Positions 1 to 9,505 of a DNA stretch of 64,000 nucleotides are shown in pieces. The number at the start of each line of letters is the position of its first letter. Position 1 is the first letter of the stretch. The DNA is taken from positions 32,001 to 96,000 of the forward strand of contig CAVUAK010000002.1 in the NCBI GenBank assembly GCA_963739455.1, in the 5' to 3' direction. The notes beneath the pieces are model-generated. The model worked only from the letters and a program-made list of their open reading frames with translations, was not told the DNA's origin and made no database searches. The stretch comes from an uncultured Gemmatimonadales bacterium (GTDB lineage Bacteria > Gemmatimonadota > Gemmatimonadetes > Gemmatimonadales > GWC2-71-9). The position numbers and the translations under genes are program-made.

Positions 1-283
1 GTCCGAACAGCGCGAGAAGCGAATTCCCACCGCCGAGGTGAACAAGGTGCTGGGCGAGCTGACCGATCGGCTCTCGCCGCCGCAGAAGGCGGGCGATGAG
101 GTGAAGCTGCTCTATGCGTCGCAGATCGGCACCGCACCACCCGAGTTCGCGATCGTGTCCAACCGGCCGCTCGATATTCACGAGAGCTACCTCCGCTACC
201 TGCAGAGGGGGTTCCGCGAGGCCTGGTCGTTCAATGGCTCGCCCCTGCGGATCAAGTTCACCCTGCGGGGCGGCCGGCGGTGA
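1..283 (+). CDS. der: Ribosome biogenesis GTPase Der/EngA, C-terminal KH-like domain (5'-truncated by window)
   Basis: KLLYASQIGTAPPEF...ESYLRYLQRGFREAWSFNGSPLRI matches the Der C-terminal domain; conserved der-plsY-gpsA order. Confidence 0.9.
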   Translation, partial: SEQREKRIPTAEVNKVLGELTDRLSPPQKAGDEVKLLYASQIGTAPPEFAIVSNRPLDIHESYLRYLQRGFREAWSFNGSPLRIKFTLRGGRR

Positions 284-891
284 ACTGGAGCGCGCTGCCC
301 TGGTTTGCGCTCTCCTATCTCGTGGGAGCCATTCCGAGCAGCCTCATTGTGGGCAAGCTCTTCCGCGGCATCGACCTGCGTGAGCACGGCAGCCGGAATC
401 TCGGTGCCACCAACGTCTACCGGGTGCTCGGCTGGAAGTACGCCGTGCCGGTGGCGATCCTCGACATCCTCAAGGGCACCATCCCGGTGCTTTTCTTTGC
501 GCCCCGCGTGTCGCCCTCGCTCGTCACGGCATTGCTCATCGGCATCGCGGCCATCGTGGGCCATGTCTATTCCGTGTTTGCCGGATTCAAGGGCGGCAAG
601 GGTGTGGCCACCGCGACCGGCGTCATGCTCGGCCTGACCCCGGCAGCCGTGGGCGTGGTGGCGCTCGCCTGGGTCCTGATCGTCTGGCTCACCGGATATG
701 TCTCGCTTGCGAGCATCGTTGGCGCCGCCGGGCTCCCCTTCGCGGTGTACTTCATGTATCCGGGGCGCAGGGAAGTGGTCTGGATCGATGCACTGGTGGC
801 GGCGGCGATCATCTGGTTCCACCGCGCCAACGTCAAGCGCCTGCTTGCCGGCACCGAGAATCGCTTCGGACACCGGGCGGAGACCTCCTGA
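280..891 (+). CDS. plsY: Glycerol-3-phosphate acyltransferase PlsY
   Basis: YLVGAIP, GSRNLGATNVYR, DILKG, GHVYS, GGKGVAT, HRANVKRL motifs. Confidence 0.95.
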   Translation: MNWSALPWFALSYLVGAIPSSLIVGKLFRGIDLREHGSRNLGATNVYRVLGWKYAVPVAILDILKGTIPVLFFAPRVSPSLVTALLIGIAAIVGHVYSVFAGFKGGKGVATATGVMLGLTPAAVGVVALAWVLIVWLTGYVSLASIVGAAGLPFAVYFMYPGRREVVWIDALVAAAIIWFHRANVKRLLAGTENRFGHRAETS

Positions 892-1887
892 TGCGCATCG
901 CCGTGCTGGGTGCCGGAAGCTGGGGCACGACGCTGGCCGACCTGCTGGCGCTCAAGGGCCAGGACGTCTGTCTCTGGGCCTACGAGACCGAGGTGGTCGC
1001 AGTCCATCAACAGCGCGCACGTGAACACCGTGTTCCTGGCCAACTCGCCGCTCGCGCCGTCACTGCGCGCGGTGGGCGACGCCGTCGAGGCGGTGAAGGG
1101 CGCGGAACTGATCGTCTCGGTAGCGCCGAGCCACGCCCTCCGCTCGGTGCTTCGTCGCGTGCAGGACAGCGTGCCGTTCGGCACCATCATCGCCAGCGCC
1201 ACGAAGGGACTGGAGACGGACACGCTGGCGCTCATGTCCGACGTCATCGCGGCTGAGTTGCCCCAGGCGCGTCTCGCGGTGCTCTCGGGGCCAAGCTTCG
1301 CGAAGGAGGTCTACGAGGGGCGCCCGACAGCCGTCGTGGCAAGCTCGGTCGATCCGGCCGTGGCCGAGGCGGTGCAGGAGGCATTTGCAACGCCGCGATT
1401 CCGCGTCTACACCAACTCCGATGTGGTGGGCGTCGAGCTGGGTGGCGCGCTCAAGAACGTCATCGCCATCGCGACCGGTGTGCTCGACGGGCTCGAGCTT
1501 GGCAACAACGCGCGCGCCGCGCTGCTCACGCGCGGCCTGGCGGAGATCACCCGCCTCGGTGTGGCGCACGGCGCCGACCCGCTCACCTTCGCCGGCCTCG
1601 CCGGAATGGGCGACCTCGTGCTCACCGCCACCGGCGACCTGAGCCGCAACCGCCAGCTCGGTATGGCGCTGGCGAAGGGCGAGACCTACGAGGCGTATCG
1701 CGCGCGGCATCGTACGGTGGCCGAGGGTGCCAACGCCGCCATGGCCGCCACCGCACTCGGAAAGCAGCTTGGTGTCGAACTCCCCATCTCGGCGGAAGTG
1801 TCTGCGGTCCTCTTCGAGGGCCAGTCGCCCGCCGAGGCCATTCGCAACCTGATGGAGCGCACGCTCAAGGCCGAACAATGGCGGTAA
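891..1887 (+). CDS. gpsA: NAD(P)H-dependent glycerol-3-phosphate dehydrogenase (frameshift near 1000, probable sequencing indel)
   Basis: N-terminal GAGSWGT in ORF 891-1256 continues in ORF 910-1887 with SGPSFA, GGALKNVIAIA, GMGDLVLT and SRN. Confidence 0.93.
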
Positions 1888-2255
1888 CCACCATTGGCAC
1901 GACCCAGGAATTCTTCTCGATCGGCGAGGTCTGCACCCTCACCGACCTCAAGCCGCACGTGCTCCGCTATTGGGAGAGCCAGTTCCGCTTCCTGAATCCG
2001 GCCAAGAATCGCTCGGGCAACCGGGTCTACAAGGCGCGCGAGATCGAGCTCATCCTCCTGGTGAAGCACCTGCTCTATACCGACAAGTACACCATCGAGG
2101 GCGCGCGCCACCGGGTGGAGCAGTATCGCCGGTCGGGAGCATTGCGCGCCGAGTCGCGCCACGCCCTCGAGATGGAGACGGTGCGCGACCTGCGGGCCGG
2201 CCTCGACGACCTCCTCGCCCTCATCGATGGGCGGAAGGTGTCGGGCGGGCAGTGA
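1878..2255 (+). CDS. MerR-family HTH transcriptional regulator
   Basis: FSIGEVC...PHVLRYWESQF...KNRSGNRVY...YTIEGA, the MerR subtype commonly found upstream of surE. Confidence 0.88.
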   Translation: MAVTTIGTTQEFFSIGEVCTLTDLKPHVLRYWESQFRFLNPAKNRSGNRVYKAREIELILLVKHLLYTDKYTIEGARHRVEQYRRSGALRAESRHALEMETVRDLRAGLDDLLALIDGRKVSGGQ

Positions 2256-3002
2256 ACATTCTCGTCACCAACGACGATGGCATCCTCGCTCCTGGTCTGG
2301 CCCTCCTCGCTGATGCGTGCCGCGATGTTGCGCAGGTCACCGTGGTCGCTCCCGACCGCGAGCAGAGCGGTACCAGCCATTCGCTGACGCTGCATCGTCC
2401 GCTCCGCCCGCAGCGCCGCCCCGACGGAGCCTGGCAGGTCGACGGTACGCCCACCGATTGCGTCATGCTCGCGCTGCAGGCGCTCATGCCTGATCGCCCC
2501 GACTTCGTCTTCTCCGGCATCAATCACGGTCCGAACATGGGCGAGGATGTGCTCTACTCCGGCACCGTCTCCGCCGCCATGGAAGCCGTGATGCTCGGCG
2601 TTCCCGGGCGTGGCATTGTCGTTCGCCGGGCACAGCCCCGAGACCATGGCGACCTACCGCGACGCCATTGCCCGGCTGGTGCGGCACGTCACCACGCTCG
2701 CCGACTTCCCGGCAAACACCCTGCTCAACGTCAACTTCCCGCCGGTCCCCGCCAATGAGGCGCTGGGCCTCAAGGTCACCAGCCTCGGCAGCCGCTACTT
2801 CTCCGAGTCGCTGATGCGCATGAAGGACCCGTGGGGCAGGGAGATCTTCTGGATCGGCGGCGGCAGCATCACCTGGACCGGTGGCATCACCTCCGATCAC
2901 GCCGCGATCCATGAGGGGTACATCTCGGTCACGCCACTCCAGATGGACCTGACCAACTACGGGCTGCTCGAAACGGTGCGGGGATGGTCGCTGGAGGGTT
3001 GA
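2252..3002 (+). CDS. surE: 5'/3'-nucleotidase SurE (frameshift near 2606)
   Basis: GTG start at 2252, ILVTNDDG, GTPTDCV, SGINHGPNMG, YSGTV; C-terminal half LNVNFP...GYISVTPL in ORF 2610-3002. Confidence 0.93.
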
Positions 3003-3647
3003 GCGACAGCTACGGCGGGTACCGCACGCGCCTCGTGGAGACGCTGCAGTCGAAGGGCATTCACGATCTCGGCGTGCTGCGCGCGGTGAGCCTCGTGCCC
3101 CGGCACCGGTTCGTGCCCGAGAGCGTGAAGCATCGCGCCTACGAAGATGCGGCGCTCCCCATCGGCGGTGGGCAGACCATCTCGCAGCCCTGGGTGCAGG
3201 CGCGCTACATCGAGGTGCTGGGGCTCAGGGGACATGAGAAAGTACTTGAGGTCGGGCACCGGGTCGGGCTACCAGACGGCGCTGCTCGCGGTGCTCGCCG
3301 ACCGGGTGTTCAGTGTCGAGCGCGTCCCGGAGCTGACCCGCGAGGCGCAGCGGGTCATGATCGAGCTCGGAATCAAGAACGTCACGATCATGGGCGGTGA
3401 CGGCACGCTCGGCTGGCGGCCGTACGCCCCCTACGACGCGATCCTGGTGGCGGCAGCGTCACCCGAGGTGCCCCGCCCGCTGCTGGAGCAACTCGCGATC
3501 GGTGGCCGGCTGGTCATTCCCATCGGCGATCGCGAGAAGCAGGTGCTCAACCTCGTCACGCGGCGTGATGAGGCCACCTATGAAACCACCACGCTCGGTG
3601 ACGTGCGGTTCGTGCCGCTCATCGGCGAGCACGGCTTCCAGAGCTAG
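2984..3647 (+). CDS. pcm: Protein-L-isoaspartate O-methyltransferase (frameshift near 3257)
   Basis: VPRHRFVP, AYEDAALPIGGGQTISQP, VLEVG/TGSGYQTA, GDGTLGW...APYD, VRFVPLIG; follows surE. Confidence 0.93.
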
Positions 3648-3658
3648 CAACCGGAGAC

Positions 3659-4303
3659 TTGATGGAGTTCCTGCAGCAGGCCCTCGACTTCTTCCTGCAT
3701 CTCGACACGCACCTCACCGAGATCACCTCCCAGTACGGGACCTGGACCTACCTCATCCTCTTTCTCATCGTGTTCTGTGAGACGGGACTGGTGGTCACTC
3801 CGTTCCTTCCGGGTGACTCGCTGCTGTTCGCTGCCGGGGCCATCGCGGGCCTGGGCGGCCTGGACGTCAGGATCCTGGCGCCGCTGTTCATCGTGGCGGC
3901 GTTCCTGGGCGACAACGTGAACTACTTCATCGGGTCGCGTATCGGGCGGCGCGCCTTCAGCGGAAAGGTCCGGTTCATCAAGAAGGAGTACCTCGAGCGC
4001 ACCGAGCGCTTCTATGCAAAGCATGGCGGCAACACCGTCATCATGGCCCGGTTCGTTCCCATTGTCCGGACCTTTGCACCCTTCGTTGCCGGTGTCGGGC
4101 ACATGCCGTACGCCCGCTTCATCGTCTACAGCCTCGTCGGGTCGCTGCTCTGGGTCGGCCTGTTCGTGGTGGGCGGGTACCTCTTCGGCAACCTCCCGGC
4201 GGTGAAGCAGAACTTCAGCTTCGTCGTGCTGGCGATCATCGCCGTGTCCACCGCGCCGATCCTCATCGAGTTCGTGCGCTCACGGCGGCAGCCCCAGGCA
4301 TGA
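3659..4303 (+). CDS. DedA family membrane protein
   Basis: [19 protein letters not shown] and [16 protein letters not shown] motifs. Confidence 0.93.
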   Translation: MMEFLQQALDFFLHLDTHLTEITSQYGTWTYLILFLIVFCETGLVVTPFLPGDSLLFAAGAIAGLGGLDVRILAPLFIVAAFLGDNVNYFIGSRIGRRAFSGKVRFIKKEYLERTERFYAKHGGNTVIMARFVPIVRTFAPFVAGVGHMPYARFIVYSLVGSLLWVGLFVVGGYLFGNLPAVKQNFSFVVLAIIAVSTAPILIEFVRSRRQPQA

Positions 4304-4566
4304 CAAGGCGGTACCTCGTGAGCGGCCGGGTGCAGGGCGTGGGCTATCGCTGGTTCGCTCGCGGCGAGGCCACCCGGCTCGGGCTCGTGGGCTACGCCGC
4401 GAACCTGCCGGACGGACGCGTCGAGGTGCTGGCGGAGGGCGAGGCGCCGGCACTCGAGGCGTTCGAGATGTCGCTTGGGCGCGGCCCCTCCGCGTCGCGC
4501 GTCACAGGTGTCGTCGCGGAGCCAGCAGCATCCACCGAATCATTCACCACCTTCAGCACCCGGTAA
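4300..4566 (+). CDS. acyP: Acylphosphatase
   Basis: [11 protein letters not shown]...[12 protein letters not shown] signature. Confidence 0.92.
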   Translation: MTRRYLVSGRVQGVGYRWFARGEATRLGLVGYAANLPDGRVEVLAEGEAPALEAFEMSLGRGPSASRVTGVVAEPAASTESFTTFSTR

Positions 4567-4568
4567 CC

Positions 4569-5101
4569 ATGTCGAACGAAGTCGCCGAGCGAGTCCGCCG
4601 CACCCTGCGCGCCATTCCCGATCACCCGAAGCCGGGGATCATCTTCCAGGACATCACCCCGGTGCTGCACAACGGGCAATTGTTCGCCGACGCGGTGGAG
4701 CGCGATGGCTGCGCCTTTCCGCGACGCGGGGGTGACGCACGTGGTGGGAATCGAGGCGCGCGGCTTCATCCTGGGCGCACCGCTCGCGACGCATATCGGG
4801 GCGGGCTTCATTCCGCTCCGAAAGCCGGGAAAGCTGCCGTGGGAATCGGTGGCGGAGAAGTACGCGCTCGAGTACGGCGAGGACAGCCTCGAGGCGCACC
4901 GCGATGCCTGCAGGGCGGGCGACCGCGTGCTGATTGCGGACGATGTGCTGGCGACCGGGGGCACGGCCGCGGCGGCGGGGAAGCTCGTGCGTCGGCTCGG
5001 CGCCGAGCTGCGTGGGGTGGACGTTCCTGCTGGAGATCGGCGTGCTGAACGGGCACCAGCGCCTGGAAGGTGCCCGCCACACTTCGCTCGTGTCACTCTA
5101 G
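4569..5101 (+). CDS. apt: Adenine phosphoribosyltransferase (frameshifts near 4700 and 5010)
   Basis: [45 protein letters not shown]; a third-frame tail [12 protein letters not shown]...SL ends at TAG 5099-5101. Confidence 0.9.
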
Positions 5102-5105
5102 CCCG

Positions 5106-5453
5106 GTGCGCGGTGGCTTCGTCGTTCTCGCGATGCTGCTGCTGCCGTGCACCGTCGAGGCGCAGGGAGCGAACTGGTATCTCCGGCCCACGCGTATCGA
5201 CAGCCTCCCCGCACGCGTCGTTCCCGATACCGCCGCCGGCGCGCCGCTCGAGTTCGATCCAGGAACATGCCAGCCCCTGTTTATCGACCCACGGAACGGC
5301 ACGCGGTTCGTGCTGCAGCGTGACTTCATGACCGACAACGGTCCACTCGGCGACTATGCGATCGAGCCCCCGGGCCGCTACGGCGTCGGCACCGGAACAC
5401 TGGTGCGAATGGATTGCGCCATCGGCCGGCCGCTTGGTGGGGTGCCGAAGTAG
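5106..5453 (+). CDS. Small secreted hypothetical protein with a Cys pair
   Basis: GTG start, hydrophobic signal ending VEA-Q, two Cys (GTCQP, MDCAIG), GDY...GRYGVG motif; codon usage fits a real gene. Confidence 0.6.
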   Translation: MRGGFVVLAMLLLPCTVEAQGANWYLRPTRIDSLPARVVPDTAAGAPLEFDPGTCQPLFIDPRNGTRFVLQRDFMTDNGPLGDYAIEPPGRYGVGTGTLVRMDCAIGRPLGGVPK

Positions 5454-5459
5454 GCAGCG

Positions 5460-5877
5460 CTACTCGAGCCGTCTGTTCGCAGATCGCGCTGTTCTGTTCG
5501 GAGCGGGCGGGGGCACCCACGGCGCTGTAACCGATGGTGATGGTGCCGGTGGTGACCCGTCCGGCGGCCCTGATCGCGGCCGGGCTGGTCGCGTTCACCA
5601 CGACGACCTGCCAGGGCAGTGCCGGGTTGTTGACGACGATGGGTCCCGTGTCGGTGACGTAGGTAACCGACGTCACCGCCCCGGTGCCCGTGAGCGAGGC
5701 AGAGTACGTCACGGTGATATCACCCGAGATCACCGAGGGGCCGATGCTCGGCCCGCAGGTCAGTGTGCTGATGGTCCCGCCGCCACCACAGGCGGTCGCG
5801 GTCAGCACGGCAACGCTGAGGAGCAGTGCCTGGTGCAGGGCAGTGCGCGCCCGCGCGGTTTCCGTGACAGGAATCAT
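5460..5877 (-). CDS. Putative lipoprotein, paralog 1 of 3 (possible MmpS-like beta-sandwich); one extra base near the 3' end
   Basis: MIPVTE...VLTATA-C lipobox, TCGPS, VTYSASLTG, NPALPW, C-terminal Cys; TAG at 5460-5462 is reached if one base is removed. Confidence 0.7.
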
Positions 5878-5878
5878 G

Positions 5879-6299
5879 CTACTGGTTGGTTTGCGAGCAG
5901 GTGGCTTCATCCTGCTCGGCGCGGTTGGGCGCACCCACCGCATTGAAGCCGATGGTGATGGTGCCGGTGGTGACGCTGCCGGCAGCACTGATCGAGGCAG
6001 GGCTGGTGACGTTCAGCACGCTGACCTGCCAGGGCAGCGTGGGATTGTTCACCACCACATTTCCCGCGTCGGTGGCGTAGGTAATCGAGGTCACCGTCCC
6101 GCTGCCCGTGAGGGACGCGGAGTATGCCACGGTGATATTGCCCGAGATGTACGGAATTGCCGGTGCTCGGCCCGCATGTGAGCGTGTTGTTGTTGCCGCC
6201 GCCGTCATCTCCGCACGCACTGACAGCCAGCATGGCGACGCCGAGCATCACGGCCAGGCGCAGTAGGAAACGCTTCCGGCTTTCCGGGAAATACGTCAT
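5879..6299 (-). CDS. Putative lipoprotein, paralog 2 of 3 (frameshift near 6152)
   Basis: MTYFPESRKRF...LAVSA-C lipobox (in ORF 5907-6416) joins YISGNITVAYSASLTG...NPTLPW...ATCSQTNQ (ORF 5879-6220); closely similar to paralog 1. Confidence 0.75.
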
Positions 6300-6376
6300 G
6301 ACGTTTGCCTCGTGGGGGTGTTTGGGATGACTTCCCGTAACGTATTTGACCGGGGCGCAATGTCCAGTGAAACAAG

Positions 6377-6407
6377 AGGGCCTGTGCCTCGACGAGGCAC
6401 AGGCCCT
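6377..6407 (-). terminator. Intrinsic terminator-like hairpin downstream of lipoprotein paralog 3
   Basis: Perfect 14-bp stem agggcctgtgcctc / gaggcacaggccct with a 3-nt loop, followed on the - strand by cttgtttc. Confidence 0.7.
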
Positions 6408-6435
6408 TGGACTCACGCCGGGTGTACCCGGACGG

Positions 6436-6829
6436 TCAGTTCACGTTGAGGATGCAGCCGTCGTTGTCGGACTCGGTGCGTCCCTCGCCGCCGTCGGCAG
6501 TGAACTCGACCAGTACGGAGCCACTTCCGGTGACCGACCCAATTCCCTGGATCCTCGCGGCGGCGGTGGCCAGGTTGACGTCCAGACTCCCATGGAAGCG
6601 ACGGGTTGGTCACGGTCACATTGCCGGTGTCGGAGGCGTAGATGATGCCGGTCAGGGCTCCGCCAATGGTAGCCGTTGCCTGATAGTGCACTGCAAGGCC
6701 GCCCGTGATGGTCGAGGGGCCCGCGGTGCGGTCGCACGGTATCACTTCGGGGTCGTCGCTGCAGGCGCTGAGCACCGCGGCGCCGGCGCACAGGGCAAGC
6801 GCGGAGGCGAGGAAAGTCCTGCGGATCAT
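6436..6829 (-). CDS. Putative lipoprotein, paralog 3 of 3 (frameshift near 6589)
   Basis: MIRRTF...VLSA-C lipobox, CDRTAGPS, YASDTGNVTVTNPSLPW; after removing one G the frame reads SLDVNLATAAARIQGIGSV...NDGCILNVN-stop. Confidence 0.7.
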
Positions 6830-6965
6830 TGATCTGCTCCAGGTCGTTGGGGTGCGCGCGGAAGGCTTGGCGCGCATTGTACCCGCATCGGATGGCCCGT
6901 GCGTATTGAACCAAGGACGTAGGAGTTCCGGCCCGGCTCCCGGCTGGTGTAGATTTTCGGGCGCC

Positions 6966-7039
6966 GCCCCCGTAGCTCAGTTGGATAGAGCAGCAGTTTC
7001 CTAAACTGTTGGCCGGAGGTTCGATTCCTCTCGGGGGCA
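6966..7039 (+). tRNA. tRNA-Arg (anticodon CCT)
   Basis: Acceptor stem GCCCCCG/CGGGGGC, D-arm GCTCAGTTGGATAGAGC, anticodon arm GCAGT-TTCCTAA-ACTGT, T-loop GGTTCGATTCC; CCA not encoded. Confidence 0.96.
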
Positions 7040-7098
7040 CTCACTACCCACCCTGACCGCGGGCACCCCCGGCTATCCGGTACCTCAGCGTCGTTCTC

Positions 7099-8350
7099 GT
7101 GCTCGCAGCGTCCCTGACGCGGCCTGTCAGTTCGCATGCGCAGCAGCCAGCGCCACCGCCCAGCGCTCGCGGATACGCTCCCGGTCGGCGCAGTGCTTCC
7201 CGTCCGCTTCGTACATGGCGTCGTGAGCGGCCGCGATACGGTGGGGGAGCCCATCATGCTGCAGACGATGGCCTCCATCGACCGCAACGGATGCGTCATG
7301 CTCGCTCCCTTCCGGCCGGTGTACGCCCGGATCGCAGAGAGCAGGGGAGGTCGCTACTTCGGCAAGGGTGGTGTGCTCTCGATTGCGACCGACTCGCTCC
7401 GCCGCCGCTCCGGCGCTGTCGCTGCCGCTCACCGCCATCCTCGACACACTTGAATGGCTGCCCGGAAACCTGACGCTCGACGACGGCACGGCGCGTCGCC
7501 ACCGCAGGGGCGCCGTCGGCACCGCCGCCGCGCCGGCGGCCGCGGCGGGTGGACTGGTGGTCGCGACTGGTGGACTCGCCATCGTGCCCGTGGCCATCGT
7601 GGGCGGCTTGTCATGGGCCTGGAAGGGTGGGCCGGTGTCGATCGAGGCGGGCGAACTGGCGTCGCTGAAGCTGGAGAAGTCGCTCGTCATCCCGTCGGTC
7701 GCGACGTGCCGCAAGGAGAATGTCGGCGCGATGGCGGCTACGGAGGCATTGCTCGACTCGCTCCCGCATTTCAGTCCGCGCACCACCGATCGCTCCGGCA
7801 TGGTGCTGGGCGACCAGATCAACTTTGTGCTGCTGGGTACCCGGGGGCAGGTGGACTCCGCCTTCGCGGCGGCGCAATGGCATCCTCGCGTGCAGAACAC
7901 GCTCACAAACGAGGTGACGGGGCCAGCGCGGTCGTCTTCAACCGGCAATCGTCCCACGTGGCCTTCAGCAATGCCTACTATGAGGGGCGCGTCGAGGACC
8001 TGGCCTACGAGCGGCCGGGGCCGACCGCGCGCGACCGCCACCACATCCGGCTCTGGTCCATCGATTCGGCGCGCACCATCTGGGTCGGTGCCGCCGACGA
8101 GGACATCGGCCTCAAGATGAACCTCATGAAGTTCGAGGCCACGCACCGCGTGTCACCGGACATCGATGATGAACGCGATATCCTCACGCGCGATCTCGAG
8201 GCAGGGGCCTGCGCCGTCCTCATCGGCTACGTGCACGAGCCTGGCGCAGTCACCTCGGGGGTGAACGCCTGGGGCCAGGACATCAAGAGCGACGGGCGTG
8301 CGGCGGTGCTCAAAGTGGGGTGTGGGGCACTGGATGACCTGACTCGTTGA
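7099..8350 (+). CDS. Secreted protein with C-terminal LssY_C domain (several frameshifts; start uncertain)
   Basis: GDQINFVLLG, RHHIRLW, WVGAADEDIG, THRVSPDIDDERD, SDG motifs typical of LssY_C, spread over ORFs 7136, 7368 and 7454; signal-like N-terminus. Confidence 0.7.
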
Positions 8351-8376
8351 CCGCAACCGCCTGCGCCAGCTAGTTT
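8347..8376 (+). promoter_or_regulatory. Putative sigma70-type promoter for the TPR gene
   Basis: TTGACC-N18-TAGTTT upstream of ORF 8427-9146. Confidence 0.4.
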
Positions 8377-8426
8377 TAAGGGCTGTAGATCCCGGCCCCG
8401 GAATCGTTCCAGGCCCGGCAGGCACC

Positions 8427-9146
8427 TTGACCACCGACTTTCGGCAACCTGTGGCGACCACAACCATGCAGGCACCACCAACCCAGCCCGCCAAGACCAC
8501 CACCGCGCCAGCCCGCGCCCACAAGGCCGATTCGGGCGACTGGTGGCAGAACCCGGCGCGCCGTAACCTGGTCCTCGGCGCGGTCGGGGTCGTCGTCATT
8601 GCGGCCGCGGGTGCCTGGTTCTGGAAGACCGCTGCGGCCCGCAAGGAGGCCTTTGCCTCCCGCGCCGTACAGGCGGCCCGTCAGGCCGCTGAGCAGGGCA
8701 ACCTGCCGCTGGCCGCAAGCGAGCTGCAGAAGGTCACCCAGACCTACGGCGGCACCCGGTCCGCGGTCGAGGCCATGCTGGTCCTGAACCAGGTCCGCAT
8801 GGTCAATGGCCAGACTGAGCTGGCCGTGGTCGGCCTCAAGGAGTTCATCGCCAAGAACCCGCCCATGGAGTTCCGGGTGCCGGCATACGGCCTCCTGGGC
8901 GTGGCTCTGGAGAACACGAAGCAGCCACTCGAGGCCGCCGCGGCTTTCGAGCAGGCGTCCACCGGTGCCCAGGTCGACTACCTCAAGGCCGACTACCTCG
9001 TGCAGGCCGGACGGGCCTACACCAACGGTGGCAAGCCCGACCTCGCCATCAAGGCGTACCAGAAGGTTGTCGACAGCTATTCAAAGACGCCCGCCTTGAA
9101 CGAGGCTCAGGTGCGACTGGCCGAGCTGACCAAGGGCGCCAAGTAG
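8427..9146 (+). CDS. Membrane-anchored tetratricopeptide-repeat protein (YfgM-like)
   Basis: Single N-terminal TM helix followed by Ala-rich TPR-like helices (YGLLGVALE, YLVQAGRAY, AIKAYQKVV); start may be ATG 8467. Confidence 0.75.
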   Translation: MTTDFRQPVATTTMQAPPTQPAKTTTAPARAHKADSGDWWQNPARRNLVLGAVGVVVIAAAGAWFWKTAAARKEAFASRAVQAARQAAEQGNLPLAASELQKVTQTYGGTRSAVEAMLVLNQVRMVNGQTELAVVGLKEFIAKNPPMEFRVPAYGLLGVALENTKQPLEAAAAFEQASTGAQVDYLKADYLVQAGRAYTNGGKPDLAIKAYQKVVDSYSKTPALNEAQVRLAELTKGAK

Positions 9147-9192
9147 GGTCGGGCAGCTGGTAGGGGCGTCCGATCCGGACGCGAAGCTTGGA

Positions 9193-9227
9193 AGGGTCAG
9201 TGGGCGACACGCCTGCTGGCCCTTTTT
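9193..9227 (+). terminator. Intrinsic terminator closing the + strand block
   Basis: agggtcagtgggcg-aca-cgcctgctggccct stem (with G-U pairs) followed by a T run. Confidence 0.75.
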
Positions 9228-9360
9228 CATTAGCACTACGGCCCAGCATTGTCTAAGTGCCTATCAATACAAGTTCTGCGGCGCGCAATTAAAGCTTTGT
9301 GGGAGGAGAACTGACCCAGGGTAAGGCCTGGCGCTGCTCGTCACGCGTAGGTTCAATTAA

Positions 9361-9388
9361 ACGTCGTATAAGATGTATTATGTTAAGT
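9361..9388 (+). other. Putative chromosomal dif site (XerC/XerD recombination site)
   Basis: ACGTCGTATAA-GATGTA-TTATGTTAAGT has the 11-6-11 layout; the right arm differs at 1 of 11 positions from the E. coli XerD arm TTATGTTAAAT; AT-rich intergenic location where gene orientation flips. Confidence 0.85.
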
Positions 9389-9505
9389 TATGATGAGGAT
9401 AACCCCAGGGCCGTGTGGAGATGTCATTCCCTCTCCCACGCCCTGATCCACACGACAGCGACATCAACTTGGCAGTATTACGACAGTATGGCGGGCAGGT
9501 CGGGG

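Noticed and set aside
891..5101. Programmed frameshifting or pseudogenes in gpsA, surE, pcm, apt
   Set aside because: No shared slippery sequence, both halves are intact, and the same pattern hits many essential genes; sequencing error is simpler.
6966..9146. Integrative island at tRNA-Arg
   Set aside because: I found no duplicated tRNA 3' end and no integrase nearby, though the search was by eye.
9147..9227. Possible ncRNA after the TPR gene (two consecutive hairpins)
   Set aside because: No match to an RNA family I recognise; the second hairpin is sufficiently explained as a terminator and the first is a weak 9-bp stem.
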